This document shows, piece after piece, positions 24,797 through 35,289 of a stretch of 56,237 nucleotides of DNA. Location: the IMG/VR virus record IMGVR_UViG_3300032462_000007, positions 1 through 56,237 of that record; one strand, written 5' to 3'. The notes below the pieces were generated by a model. It was not told the DNA's origin and ran no database searches. It saw only the letters and a list, made by a program, of their open reading frames with translations. Position 1 is the first letter of the stretch, and the number at the start of each line of letters is the position of its first letter. This stretch comes from a virus. Lineage: Duplodnaviria > Caudoviricetes. Position numbers and translations under genes: made by a program.

Positions 24797-25811
24797 GTGG
24801 CATCGATTCTTTTACTGTCAATGGAGATACTCTAATATACATAGACTCTTGATATAAGTGAGACAAGGAGTCTACTCCAGAATAAGAACATCCACTTCCA
24901 AGACCACCCTTTATATCTTTAATGATATTAGCAACAGGACCTTTATGTGGAATCATTCCTGAAACTCCTTCTGCAACTGCAATATCTTTTGTTTTATTAG
25001 CTTCTTTGCTTGCCATACCTCTAAATGATTTATATTTTTTATTACCATTCATATATATAGACCCTGGAGATTCGTCTGTACCTGCCAGCATCGATCCAAG
25101 CATAACTGAGTCTGCTCCTGCTGCAAAAGCCTTGATCATATCTCCAGTATTGCGTATGCCACCATCAGCAACGATTCCAGCACTTAAGCTAAACTTATCT
25201 CTTGCCTGTCGGATGTTTATAATTGAAGACAGTGTTGGAACACCATGTCCTGACACAATCCTCGTTGTGCACATGCTGCCACCACCTATACCTACTCTAA
25301 TAGAGTCTGCGCCAGCATCGCTTAGTGCGAGATATCCTGCTACTGTAGAAACATTCCCAGACATGATAGATACACTATGTCCAACAACATCTTTTAGCCT
25401 TTTTGTTGCATCTATCACCATCTTACTATGACCATTAGCTGAATCAATTAGTAACAATGATGCCCCAGCATTTATAAGTTTTCTTACTTGCTCTTCAGTA
25501 AATGTAGATGAAATTGCTGCACCTACTGCAACAAGTCCTAATTCTGAAGCTTCTTCTACCATCGCAAGCTGTCTTTTAACAGACATAAATCTATGGATAA
25601 TTCCCATCCCTCCTGCGTATGCCATAGCAGATGCCATCTCAGTCTCACAAACGGTATCCATAGGGGACGCAATTACTGGAAAATCTAACCAGCAAGATCT
25701 TGCTACTAGCATTTTTAAATCAACAGAACTTCTACTAACAACTTCTGAATATTGAGGAACCATTAAGATATCATCAAAACAGATGTCATTATTTTCTAAG
25801 TATTCTTTCAA
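24783..25811 (-). CDS. guaB: IMP dehydrogenase/GMP reductase family, no CBS domains
   Basis: FDDILMVP, SPMDTV, GIIHR, GIGGGSMCTTR catalytic Cys, ADGGIR, FRGMAS. Confidence 0.9.
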   Translation of the reverse strand: MKEYLENNDICFDDILMVPQYSEVVSRSSVDLKMLVARSCWLDFPVIASPMDTVCETEMASAMAYAGGMGIIHRFMSVKRQLAMVEEASELGLVAVGAAISSTFTEEQVRKLINAGASLLLIDSANGHSKMVIDATKRLKDVVGHSVSIMSGNVSTVAGYLALSDAGADSIRVGIGGGSMCTTRIVSGHGVPTLSSIINIRQARDKFSLSAGIVADGGIRNTGDMIKAFAAGADSVMLGSMLAGTDESPGSIYMNGNKKYKSFRGMASKEANKTKDIAVAEGVSGMIPHKGPVANIIKDIKGGLGSGCSYSGVDSLSHLYQESMYIRVSPLTVKESMPHGIQ

Positions 25812-25827
25812 GGCTTTGCCATTTCTA

Positions 25828-27606
25828 CTAAACTAGTTTAAAACTATCTAAAAACATTCTAATATCTTCTGTCATCTCAGGCTTAGATTTTACCACATTT
25901 TCATCCTTCTTGTCAAGCTTAGATGATGACCATGTATGTACATCTACTTCCTGGATTTTCTCTCTTCTTGTATGGCTGATTGCATTATACACTGCCCCAC
26001 ACATAGCGTCAGCTAAATCCTTAGATTTTTTACGAGGGTGATCAACTTTATTATTATTCATAATTCTCAACTCTTGAAGTTCTTCAAGTAATAAGTCTAT
26101 TTGTGGAAGAATAACTCTTTCTTCATATACAAGCATCGATAAATCTTCATAGTGTTTCTTAGCAACAGACAACGTCTCTGTATTAATTCCAACACTCTTA
26201 AGATCTCTTTGAATATCAAAAGAGTTCCATCTATCAAATGTTACAAGCCCTAAATTAAAGCCTTTTCTTTTTAAATCAATGATCCAGTTTTTTACCTCTG
26301 ATAAATCTACTGGACCTTCTTTACGAGGCTCCCAATAAACAATTGCATCTACTATAACAAATGGAACTATCTGTTCATAGTCATTAAAAGATTGTACCTT
26401 TACCCATTTGTCAACGTGCCCAATTGCAACTGCACACTTGTCATGCTTTTGTGCAAGGTCAGCGTGGACATAGTATACCGCTTCAGGATCTGGTGTGAAC
26501 GACTCTTCAAGTCTTTTTCCAACATCGATTGGGTTATGCTTTTGAAAAGCCTTTTGTAGTTTTTCTCTATTCTTAAAGAATGCATCTGAGGAAGTTGTTG
26601 CCATACATGCAAAACGCATGAGAGCATCTATTGGATCTGTAAAAAATGAAATCTTAAAATCTTCAATACTTCTTGTTGGATTCATATTCCATGTAGTTCT
26701 TCTTAGTGCAAATACTCCAGGGTATTTATATGATTCAATATTATCTTCTTCCCATTCAATCTCAAACTTATTAGAAGGATCCTCTTCAGATAGTGTTGGA
26801 TTAATTATAAACTCATGTTTTCTAACTATTGTTTCTTTTTCTGCAATTACTTCATCATACCTTTGCGAAATAAAGTCTCCCTTGAATCGAGGGAATGATA
26901 GCAAGATTACTTTTCCAAAATCTGGAAAACGAGAATCAACAGATCCTCTAAAGGCTTTATAAATATTATCAGCAGTCTTAGCATTATCATTTCCTGCAAT
27001 AGATTCCATAGCAAAACCAGAAATCTCATCAAGTACTGCCAGCATCAAGTTTAGTCCTTCTGCAGACTCTCTTTCTGAGTGACCAGAATAGACAGTAATA
27101 GATTTATCAAACTCAATAGTATCCATTTTTGAATCATACTTGCCCGCAAACCAGGGTGAGTTTACAATCTTTGAACGGAATCCTTTGAAGAAAACATTCT
27201 TGGCCTGTTTAGCATTGATTGCAACATTCATTAAGTCGATAGCATCATCTGTTGGCTTTCCAAAATATCTTGATGGATCTTTTAAACAAAGAAGTTTGTA
27301 AACAAGATAGGCAGTTCCTACTGTAGAAGTAAAATCTTTTCCTGATCCTTTTCCGCACATGAGGATAACCTCACTCTTGGTATATTTTCTATAATGTTCT
27401 GAAGCTTTTTCAGCTCCCATGAATCTTGCCAGATCTTTTTCTAAATAAATTTGACTCATACATTCGACAAGCACATATTGGTATTCAGAAAGTGGTGGTT
27501 GCTTTAGATAATGGTCTCCCATGACGAATGTTCTGACATCTACTGGAAATTCTGCAAATGGACTTTCGTCAAGTGCTTCCATGAAGTCACTAATATCAAT
27601 TGTCAA
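25828..27606 (-). CDS. Terminase large subunit
   Basis: Walker A GKGSGKD, Walker B AVLDEISGF, nuclease HADLA..D, FDRWNS, DHP...SKD.ADA. Confidence 0.9.
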   Translation of the reverse strand: MTIDISDFMEALDESPFAEFPVDVRTFVMGDHYLKQPPLSEYQYVLVECMSQIYLEKDLARFMGAEKASEHYRKYTKSEVILMCGKGSGKDFTSTVGTAYLVYKLLCLKDPSRYFGKPTDDAIDLMNVAINAKQAKNVFFKGFRSKIVNSPWFAGKYDSKMDTIEFDKSITVYSGHSERESAEGLNLMLAVLDEISGFAMESIAGNDNAKTADNIYKAFRGSVDSRFPDFGKVILLSFPRFKGDFISQRYDEVIAEKETIVRKHEFIINPTLSEEDPSNKFEIEWEEDNIESYKYPGVFALRRTTWNMNPTRSIEDFKISFFTDPIDALMRFACMATTSSDAFFKNREKLQKAFQKHNPIDVGKRLEESFTPDPEAVYYVHADLAQKHDKCAVAIGHVDKWVKVQSFNDYEQIVPFVIVDAIVYWEPRKEGPVDLSEVKNWIIDLKRKGFNLGLVTFDRWNSFDIQRDLKSVGINTETLSVAKKHYEDLSMLVYEERVILPQIDLLLEELQELRIMNNNKVDHPRKKSKDLADAMCGAVYNAISHTRREKIQEVDVHTWSSSKLDKKDENVVKSKPEMTEDIRMFLDSFKLV

Positions 27607-28123
27607 TTACAACAACTCCGCCTTCATTTACTTGTGATAATTTTGCCAACACCTTTGGACGACAGGAATCACATGAAGATGTCACTTCCTTTAAAATAGA
27701 GATTAGAATTTCTTGCTTTCTCTCTGTCTCTAACAATTCATCAGCAAGTTCTTGATTATCTAAAAGACCTGCTTTTTGTAACATCTCAAGTCTCTTGCCC
27801 TCAATGTCTGCGATTAATTTAATAGACGTTGTCTTTGCTGTTAGATTTGCACTTGCATCTGCAGAGTCAATAACCTCATATGCTTTTTTAATCAGAGATG
27901 AGAAGTGTTGGTCTGCTCCTGCAAGGGCTTCTTTTGCTCTGGCATGGATTGCCTGATTGTTTGCAGCCATTACTCTCCAGTCAGTAAGGAGTTCGACAAC
28001 CCTTTGTCTTGGGAGACTCAATGTTTTTGCAATATCTGAGGTATCAGATCCTTTTAGGTACTCTGATGCAACCTTGTTTACAAGGTCTAAATGATTAACT
28101 AGTGCTACTTCCTCGTTTGACAC
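27596..28123 (-). CDS. Putative terminase small subunit (HTH plus coiled coil)
   Basis: HTH-like YLKG..T.DIAK.L.LPR..V; directly upstream of and overlapping terL. Confidence 0.55.
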   Translation of the reverse strand: MSNEEVALVNHLDLVNKVASEYLKGSDTSDIAKTLSLPRQRVVELLTDWRVMAANNQAIHARAKEALAGADQHFSSLIKKAYEVIDSADASANLTAKTTSIKLIADIEGKRLEMLQKAGLLDNQELADELLETERKQEILISILKEVTSSCDSCRPKVLAKLSQVNEGGVVVIDN

Positions 28124-28427
28124 GCTTACCTCTTTTCTTTACTACCTTAATTCTATCAGATTCAAACGATCTTTGCGGTCCAGAAGCACCTTTGTGTAAC
28201 TCATAACAGTCTACCCACACCTTATCATTATTTGGATTTGTTGATAGCTGTATAAACTTAAAAGTCATTCCATGTTCTCCAACTACCTTTATCAAGTCTC
28301 CTTGCTCTACCAAATGACCAGAAGTAGTTATCATAGAACACTCTCTTATGTATGGATCTAATACCTTAGACCTGTTTCTTTTAATCACTTTCTTTTTCCA
28401 AAATTCTATATAGGGTAAGATATCCAA
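28095..28427 (-). CDS. Hypothetical protein (start probably GTG 28388)
   Basis: GD.IKV.GEHG..FKF, WVDC, RSF..DRIK. Confidence 0.65.
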   Translation of the reverse strand: MDILPYIEFWKKKVIKRNRSKVLDPYIRECSMITTSGHLVEQGDLIKVVGEHGMTFKFIQLSTNPNNDKVWVDCYELHKGASGPQRSFESDRIKVVKKRGKRVKRGSSTS

Positions 28428-28719
28428 TTAGATCAAGCACAGTATCTTCTGTACCAAACTCTTTACCATTTTTAATACGATTTAGCTTATCATCAATTCT
28501 ACTACGAATCTGTTCTTTTGGACTTGCATTACTAAAAATACTTATTGGCTTATTGAAAGCACTACCATAAGAGATATTCTTACTAATTAAAAGATTTGCT
28601 ATTTCCAAACATTCTCTTAGAATACTATCTCCAGACGGTGCTTTCAAAGATAAGTCATAAAGGTCTTCAAAATCTTTTACCCAACCCTTTTTATAGTCTG
28701 GTAAATTATATTCTGCCAT
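28381..28719 (-). CDS. Nucleotide-modification-associated domain protein (DUF1599-like)
   Basis: KNISYGSAF, RIDDKLNRI, EDTVLDLIGYL. Confidence 0.75.
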   Translation of the reverse strand: MAEYNLPDYKKGWVKDFEDLYDLSLKAPSGDSILRECLEIANLLISKNISYGSAFNKPISIFSNASPKEQIRSRIDDKLNRIKNGKEFGTEDTVLDLIGYLTLYRILEKESD

Positions 28720-28865
28720 TACTTTCTCCTACTCTTTTTTAATTCAAATTTACCAAGATATACATAGATAGTTTCAGCAGACACTCCACACTCTTTTGCA
28801 ATGTCTTCTGGGGTTTTTTTATCTACCAAGTACCTTTTAGTTAACCAATTTTTATTGGTGTACAT
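28719..28865 (-). CDS. Small HTH DNA-binding protein (48 aa, not in track)
   Basis: WL.KRY..DKKTPEDIAKECGVSAETIY.YL.KF. Confidence 0.75.
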   Translation of the reverse strand: MYTNKNWLTKRYLVDKKTPEDIAKECGVSAETIYVYLGKFELKKSRRK

Positions 28866-28887
28866 TTTCATTTTATAATAATCTCAT

Positions 28888-29481
28888 CTATAAGTCAAGT
28901 TTCGTTATCTTATTCCAGTTTTTTGTTGAATACCATCCAATAGCAATTGCATCTGCAACATCGTTATCGTCTACATCCGTCATGAACTCTATGTTAACAA
29001 GTCTAATAGTTCTATTTTTTCTGAACTCTCTTTCTTTTCCTTTATACCAGGACTCTGACTTTCCAGGGGTGTCTTTCCTTAGCACAAACTTTTCTTCTTT
29101 TGTTAACACTTTGTTTCCGATCCAGTTCTGCCAAGCAACTGGTGTACAAGGATAGATATTTTTAACACCATTTAAATATGCTGCACTAACAACTGCGCCT
29201 TGTGCAAGAGCCAGTTGCATAGACACCTTTGGAGAGTTTGCAAATATAGTGTTTTCAATAACCATAGCTTCAACATTAAAATCTTTTAATATTGGAGTAA
29301 GTTTTTTACAAGCATCTCCAGCTTTTTGATAGTGGTCGTTGCCAACAAAATTAACTTTTCCAAACTTTACTAAATTATCATTTTCAAATATTGCAAATGC
29401 AACTGAAGTTGAAGAGGCATCTACAGATATAAATCTTTTTGGCTTTCCAACATCTTTCCAACTAAGTTTGCTCATAGTCAA
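28888..29481 (-). CDS. RuvC-like Holliday junction resolvase
   Basis: SVDASSTS, VIE, LALAQG, DDNDVADAIAIG. Confidence 0.8.
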   Translation of the reverse strand: MTMSKLSWKDVGKPKRFISVDASSTSVAFAIFENDNLVKFGKVNFVGNDHYQKAGDACKKLTPILKDFNVEAMVIENTIFANSPKVSMQLALAQGAVVSAAYLNGVKNIYPCTPVAWQNWIGNKVLTKEEKFVLRKDTPGKSESWYKGKEREFRKNRTIRLVNIEFMTDVDDNDVADAIAIGWYSTKNWNKITKLDL

Positions 29482-29755
29482 AGAACCCCCTAATATCTTT
29501 CAGTGTTTGTTCTAACTTTCTTTTGCTCATCATACAAATATTGCAAAAACCAATGTCGTTATAGATACTAATTTCTATTCCGCAACCACCCGCACACTTT
29601 CTACTTCTACTGGCACGGGATTTTATTTGTAAAATTTTGTGTCTTTTGACAATCTTTTCTTTTGTAGCGTTTACTCTACAATCAGAGGAACAATAGATTT
29701 GATTCTTATTGTTACTTTGAAATTGGATGTCGCAAAATTTACAAAATTTAGTCAA
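29462..29755 (-). CDS. Cys-rich zinc-binding protein
   Basis: CxxC..YCSSDC..CAGGC..CNIC. Confidence 0.7.
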   Translation of the reverse strand: MTKFCKFCDIQFQSNNKNQIYCSSDCRVNATKEKIVKRHKILQIKSRASRSRKCAGGCGIEISIYNDIGFCNICMMSKRKLEQTLKDIRGFFDYEQT

Positions 29756-30527
29756 GGTCTTTCCTTGGCTTTATTTTAATATCACCCTTTGGTTTTGCAT
29801 AACAGGCTGTCTGAAAATCACAACCCTTGCAGACCTTAGAATTTGAACGGTATGGATTCTCTGGGAGTAGTCCTTCGTCAGACGCTTTCTTAACTTCTCG
29901 CATCCAGTCAAAGAAATAGTTTATAAAATCTTTATAATGCTGACTAATTTTGATCGGGAACATAGAAATCTCATGACTATTTTTTGATTCATATAGAAGA
30001 AAAGCAAAGCCCTTCTTAAGAATCTTCATATAGATTAGAAGTTGTTCAACATGATATTTTCTTGGCTCACCCTTAACATTTAAATAATGAAATGAATCTT
30101 CATTTAATGTTTTAATTTCAGTAAGAATATCCATATCATTCCATCGAATAACTGCATCAGTTCTACCTGAGATTGGTGGATCATCGTGGGTCAATCTTTC
30201 TTCATTCGTAACCAGAATGCCAGCATGTTCCATAGCTTTTTCAATACGTCCATGCCTATCTGTACCACTATCCATATTTGCAACTGAGAACCAGTCTGTC
30301 TTAGACTCTGCCTCGTTGCCCTCAAACCAAAGATACCAAAATCTTGGACACTTTCCTGCACCATAGGTTAATGATGACGGGGTAAAACTATCTCTCTTTT
30401 TAAAAGAACCTTTTCTTTGTGCGGCATAACCTTCTTTAATCTTGTCAACAATTTCTTGACTATTGATTAAACTTTCCTCACTCTTCTTTGGTTTGTCTAC
30501 TAACTTGCTTATAAGGGTCTTAGCCAT
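29748..30527 (-). CDS. Cas4-like PD-(D/E)xK exonuclease
   Basis: CPR.WY, G...H, GRTD..EIKT, Q...Y, C-terminal CKGC.....C. Confidence 0.85.
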   Translation of the reverse strand: MAKTLISKLVDKPKKSEESLINSQEIVDKIKEGYAAQRKGSFKKRDSFTPSSLTYGAGKCPRFWYLWFEGNEAESKTDWFSVANMDSGTDRHGRIEKAMEHAGILVTNEERLTHDDPPISGRTDAVIRWNDMDILTEIKTLNEDSFHYLNVKGEPRKYHVEQLLIYMKILKKGFAFLLYESKNSHEISMFPIKISQHYKDFINYFFDWMREVKKASDEGLLPENPYRSNSKVCKGCDFQTACYAKPKGDIKIKPRKDLD

Positions 30528-30837
30528 GACTGTTCCTAACTGTATATTTTAAAGCGTCAGCCAACTTTTCGGTTGCCGCTGCTGCTGAATAGTAAATATT
30601 CTTTTTATCTCTTTCATCTTTCTTAACATTAGTATACCAGGCAGCAAGCATTGCAAATTTTGCAGAGTACGATTGTAGTCTTACAATCAACTCGATGCCA
30701 ACTGCTGCTGGAATATCTGGCTTAGAAATTAGCTTTGCAATAAGTGCAAGAGCATGAGTTAGCTCTTCGTCTTTCATATGCTCAGATATTTCATTAAAAC
30801 CATTCACCTGATTTAATAACTCAACTGTTGTTTCCAT
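30520..30837 (-). CDS. Hypothetical helical protein
   Basis: GAGGA RBS, packed operon. Confidence 0.7.
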   Translation of the reverse strand: METTVELLNQVNGFNEISEHMKDEELTHALALIAKLISKPDIPAAVGIELIVRLQSYSAKFAMLAAWYTNVKKDERDKKNIYYSAAAATEKLADALKYTVRNSHG

Positions 30838-31120
30838 TATTCCTCAATTCTTCAAAGACTTCCCATTCAATTACAGCGAGTCTGACTTTTTTACTTCCCT
30901 CACCAATTACTAACATTAGTGCTGGATTCTTTGACCGATCTACTTTCAACGTGTCTGTCACAATCTTTGCCCAATTATCTTGGCTAATGGAAAAACTTTT
31001 AGAGTATTCCTTAACGTCTACTACGAACTCGTCATCGCTACCGTCAGCTTTGACAGCACCTCTTCCAGAGTTCTTGTGAGCCTTTAGCCCTGCTCTCTTT
31101 AATTCAGCACGTTCACTCAT
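30821..31120 (-). CDS. PD-(D/E)xK nuclease / Hjc-like resolvase
   Basis: E....NSGRG..K.D......DVKE. Confidence 0.65.
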   Translation of the reverse strand: MSERAELKRAGLKAHKNSGRGAVKADGSDDEFVVDVKEYSKSFSISQDNWAKIVTDTLKVDRSKNPALMLVIGEGSKKVRLAVIEWEVFEELRNNGNNS

Positions 31121-31147
31121 CAGTACCCCTTGACATTAATATTTACT

Positions 31148-32161
31148 TTAGACATTTACTTTTGCCTCTAACTCTACTATTCTTTTTGGATCTTCTCTAA
31201 GCCATTTAATAACGCTTTCTCTACCCTGGAGTTTTTCTTCTCCAATGGTATACCAGGCTCCGCCCTTTTTAATTGCTCCAACCAGCTCTGCGGTATCAAC
31301 TAAATCTGCTACCTTGTCTACGCCCATCTCTCCGTCTCCATCGAAATAGAAATCGTAAGAACCTGCAACAAATGCTGGACCAGTTTTATTAAAATCAATA
31401 TGCCAATTAACTACACGACCAATTTTAGATTCTATAATCTTATCTCCAGAAACAATCTTGCCTTTAATTGCCTGATTATCTGATTCGCTTGACCATAGTT
31501 TTATAATTGTGCTACTGAAGAACTTAACAGCATGACCACCAGTCGGCTGATGACTTGCAAACATTGCACCGATATTATTACGTTGCTGAGATATTAAGAT
31601 AAGAAGTGTTGGCTTCTCATTATTATTAGAATAGTTAAGCATCTTGACTGCATTTGTCATATCTCTTGCTTCAGCACCAATTTGTTTTGTATTTTCTAAT
31701 TGTTTTAATTCTTCAGAATCTTTTTCAAAGTAAATTGCAGGAAGTAGTGCAGATATGGAATCAACTATTAGAATATCAACTCCAGCTTTCATAAGTTGTA
31801 CACCAACATCAACCATTTCATTAATACTTCTGGCATTTGAATAAATTAATTGTTCAACATCTACCCCAAGTTTTCTTGCCCATTCTGGATCAAATGATGC
31901 CTCAGCATCAATCCAAGCACAAATCTTTCCCTCTTTTTGTGCATCGGCAATCATCTGCAAACAAAATGATGACTTGCCAGCAGACTTGTTTCCCCAAACA
32001 AGCACTTGTCGACCATAGGCCAGCCCACCTTTTAGAGCATTGTTTAAACTAATACTTGGAGTCTTTTGCTTAGTAATTTCGATAGTAGCTCCACTTGTAA
32101 TCTTCTTTCGTAATTTTGGATCAAGTTGAGATAAAAATTCATCAAGGTCTATCTTTGTCAT
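31148..32161 (-). CDS. recA: RecA/UvsX-like recombinase
   Basis: GNKSAGKS Walker A, WIDAE, IVDSI, GGHAVKFFSS, KKGGAWY. Confidence 0.9.
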   Translation of the reverse strand: MTKIDLDEFLSQLDPKLRKKITSGATIEITKQKTPSISLNNALKGGLAYGRQVLVWGNKSAGKSSFCLQMIADAQKEGKICAWIDAEASFDPEWARKLGVDVEQLIYSNARSINEMVDVGVQLMKAGVDILIVDSISALLPAIYFEKDSEELKQLENTKQIGAEARDMTNAVKMLNYSNNNEKPTLLILISQQRNNIGAMFASHQPTGGHAVKFFSSTIIKLWSSESDNQAIKGKIVSGDKIIESKIGRVVNWHIDFNKTGPAFVAGSYDFYFDGDGEMGVDKVADLVDTAELVGAIKKGGAWYTIGEEKLQGRESVIKWLREDPKRIVELEAKVNV

Positions 32162-32484
32162 GCTAAAACCCCATGCATCTTTGGACGTTCTATATTCTTT
32201 GAAACTTTTCTTTTCAAAGATTCTTCTAAAGATATATTTGTATATTTATCTCTAACTAAACCAGCATATAGGTCTAAGACTCTAATAACGATGTCGGCTA
32301 GTTCTTCCACTACCTGCTCGTCACCCTTCTCCTTGCGTATTGCCTCGAGTACCTCAGACACTTCTGAGTGCACCATCGCAAGCTGTTTTAGATAGAAAAT
32401 TGTTCCGTTATTATCATCCCAGAATCCCTTATCTCTTGCATTTGCGTGAATCACTGCCGCAAACTCGTCAATTACAATAGCCAT
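32158..32484 (-). CDS. MazG-like nucleotide pyrophosphohydrolase
   Basis: HSEVSEVLEA...EELADIVIR. Confidence 0.85.
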   Translation of the reverse strand: MAIVIDEFAAVIHANARDKGFWDDNNGTIFYLKQLAMVHSEVSEVLEAIRKEKGDEQVVEELADIVIRVLDLYAGLVRDKYTNISLEESLKRKVSKNIERPKMHGVLA

Positions 32485-34746
32485 TTATAATACCTCCATT
32501 AGTGTAGTAGTTCCTTCTTTTGTCTTTCCAAAATTAATCTTTGCCACGCTACCTGGCTGACACTTCATGTACCCAGTCGAGAACATTGTTGGAAATACCA
32601 TTGCAGCAATCATCTCTCTTGAACTATTAGCAACAATCATATTAGCCATTCTTTTTCCAGCCTTAGTAACCCTTGGAGTAAATGATAGCACAAAGTGCTC
32701 ATCATTTGCAAATGGGACTTGCTTATAGTTTAAAAACTTAATAAGAGGACTATCTTTATGCTCTTTTAATTCATCAACTGGAATTGCTTCAGAGATTCTA
32801 TTTGCACCTGCAAGAATTAAATATGTTCTTCCAGGCTCAATTTTAGTCTCTTCTTCATCAAATATTCCGACTACTCCAGTTGAGTCCATAATTTCTACTC
32901 TTGACCAACCTTTACCACGCTTAATATTTTTTGCAATGCCAAGAAGAACAAATACATTTTCTTCATCAAATTCTTCTATCAAACTTACATAAGCATAATA
33001 GTGTTGAGGAATGCTTGTATTCAATTCAGGTAGATTAAGATACTCATAAAGATTTTCTCTTACCCTTTCTTCATCCCTCGGATTATCTGCAAATGTTAAT
33101 GCGCCAATTGAATCAAGTGCTTCGACTGCTCTTGAACTAATTCCACTTGCCTTTTCATGAGAGAAGTCTTGGAACTCTTGCTTCGACTGAAACGGTCTAC
33201 CTGAAATAATCTTCTTGGCAACTCCGTCAGATAGCCACTTGATTGCAGCAAGGCCAAATCTAATGCCATTGCCCTCAATTTTGAAGTCTGAATCTGACTC
33301 ATTGATATGTGGAAGCTTTAACGAGATTCCCATGCGCTTTGCCTCAATTAAATATTCTGTACGGGTATCGCTATCTTTCTCACTCTTTAGAATTGAGAAT
33401 ATAAATTCGATTGGGTAGTATTGCTTAAGCCAAGCAGTCCAATAGGATAGCGTTGAGTATGCGACAGCGTGAGACTTGTTAAAGGAATATCCTGCATGAG
33501 CCTCGAAATCGTGCCATAACTTTGTTGCCCTAATTCCGATATGCTTTTCTGCATTGTTAATAAACTTATCTTTAAAGAGGTCAAACTCTTTGGCATCCTT
33601 TTTCTTTCCAATAATCTTACGAACCTTGTCCGCCTCAACCATTGTCATGCCACCGAGAATAACACACGCTTGCATTACTTGCTCCTGATACAAAACACAT
33701 CCATAGGTATCTTTCAAATAATCATTCATAGACGGATGAATATATTCCACCATCTCCTTGCCATGCTTACGGGCAATGTATGATTTTCCAATGGTATTCA
33801 TAGCACCTGGTCTAACAAGAGCATTGGATGCAACTAATTCATCAAAGTTATTAACCCTCAACTTAATCAAAAGATTTGTATAAGGCCTTGCCTCACACTG
33901 GAAGACACCCTTAGTACGCCCCTCAGACAGCATTTCAAATACTTTTCTGTCATTTAGGGGTATTGCCTTTAGATCAATATCTATTCCGTGACGTTCTTTA
34001 ATTGTTTTAATAGTCTGATCAATTACAGTCAATGTTTTTAGACCAAGAATATCAAGTTTAATAAGTCCAATTTCAGCAGCTTCTTCCATATCAACTGCGA
34101 CTACTGGAATTCTTTTCTTACTACCTGGGGCTACCCGTGTTTCAAGTGGTGCATATTTAAAAATTTCATCCTTTGCAGTAACAACTCCTGCAGCATGGAT
34201 TCCAGTTCCACGGATTCTTCCTCTAAGTTGCTCACCATATTTAACAATTTCAGGGTATTTCATTCTAAACCATTGTGCTCCTGCTGATCTTGTAAAGTCT
34301 TCCCAAGTGTCAACACTCTTCAAAACTTTATTCACATCATTAAGAGGGATGTTAAATGCTCTGGCAACATCTCTTACAACACCCTTTTCTTTAAATTCTA
34401 AGAATGTAGCAATAGATGCAACATTTTTATATTCCCGTTCAAGATATGACTTTACTTCTTCTCGCCTATCATCTGCAAAGTCAGTATCTATGTCTGGGAA
34501 GTCCTCGCGGCCATGATAAACCTCTAAGCCTACAGGATAGGTCTTTGGTTCTTCATCTGTTATCCCAATCAAGTATGCAACTGAAGAAGAAATCTTGTTA
34601 GATACCTTTTCTTTACCAACATGCTTCAGATATAGATCTTCAATTTTAAGATTATTTATTGCACATATCTCGTCAACTACCCACGAATCATCTAGAACAG
34701 ATCTCTTTGATTGACTCACTAAATCCTTCAGGTCTAAAATCGACAT
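32485..34746 (-). CDS. dnaE: DNA polymerase III alpha (DnaE), C-terminal part
   Basis: FPDIDTDF, GIHAAG, KLDILGL, GVFQ, RPG, YQEQVM, YSFNKSHA; GAAAGG RBS. Confidence 0.92.
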   Translation of the reverse strand: MSILDLKDLVSQSKRSVLDDSWVVDEICAINNLKIEDLYLKHVGKEKVSNKISSSVAYLIGITDEEPKTYPVGLEVYHGREDFPDIDTDFADDRREEVKSYLEREYKNVASIATFLEFKEKGVVRDVARAFNIPLNDVNKVLKSVDTWEDFTRSAGAQWFRMKYPEIVKYGEQLRGRIRGTGIHAAGVVTAKDEIFKYAPLETRVAPGSKKRIPVVAVDMEEAAEIGLIKLDILGLKTLTVIDQTIKTIKERHGIDIDLKAIPLNDRKVFEMLSEGRTKGVFQCEARPYTNLLIKLRVNNFDELVASNALVRPGAMNTIGKSYIARKHGKEMVEYIHPSMNDYLKDTYGCVLYQEQVMQACVILGGMTMVEADKVRKIIGKKKDAKEFDLFKDKFINNAEKHIGIRATKLWHDFEAHAGYSFNKSHAVAYSTLSYWTAWLKQYYPIEFIFSILKSEKDSDTRTEYLIEAKRMGISLKLPHINESDSDFKIEGNGIRFGLAAIKWLSDGVAKKIISGRPFQSKQEFQDFSHEKASGISSRAVEALDSIGALTFADNPRDEERVRENLYEYLNLPELNTSIPQHYYAYVSLIEEFDEENVFVLLGIAKNIKRGKGWSRVEIMDSTGVVGIFDEEETKIEPGRTYLILAGANRISEAIPVDELKEHKDSPLIKFLNYKQVPFANDEHFVLSFTPRVTKAGKRMANMIVANSSREMIAAMVFPTMFSTGYMKCQPGSVAKINFGKTKEGTTTLMEVL

Positions 34747-35266
34747 GTCTTCTACCTTTCTTTAAGTTGCACCTCAGGCACATTGGCTGTATATTGTCAT
34801 AGGCGTTATGGCCCCCATTAATCAATGGAATTACATGGTCTACACTATCTGCAAAAACTTCTTCACAGGCAATGCATAGATACTTTGTTAATTGTAGTGC
34901 CGCTTCCCACTCTTTCACGCTTAGTATACCAGGATAACCCTTATTCCTACACTTTTGATTACTCCTGTGAGCGAGTAGCTGAACCCTATTCTTTTTCCTA
35001 TATATTGCTAGAGTCTCTTTTATTCTTTCGGGATTTCGATCACGCCATTCTTTATGCTTTTTTAAATAAACGGGGTCACCTCTTACTTTTTGCCAGCGAG
35101 CTTTCCCGTACTCACTCTTTTTTTCCTTGCTTCTAGTTGCTTCATATTTTTTTGACAGGACCTTCTTACACTCTTTACAATGACCCTGAACACCATTAGA
35201 TGTCTTAGAGCTTCTGTGATACTCTGAAAAATCTTTAGTAATTCCGCATAGGGGACATCTTTTCAT
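34688..35266 (-). mobile_element. HNH homing endonuclease inserted within dnaE
   Basis: CxxC..CxxC N-terminus; CIAC..DHVIPL..GG.N..DNIQPMCLRCNLKK; own extended -10 TGATATACT 6 nt before the ATG. Confidence 0.88.
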
Positions 35267-35289
35267 AATTTAAGTATATCACACATTCA

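Noticed and set aside
11964-25811. iscA, ftsZ, ssb and guaB as host chromosome or a prophage boundary
   Set aside because: They are interleaved with terminase, HNH and phage hypothetical genes in the same AT-rich style, without their usual bacterial operon neighbours; no integrase or att site was seen.
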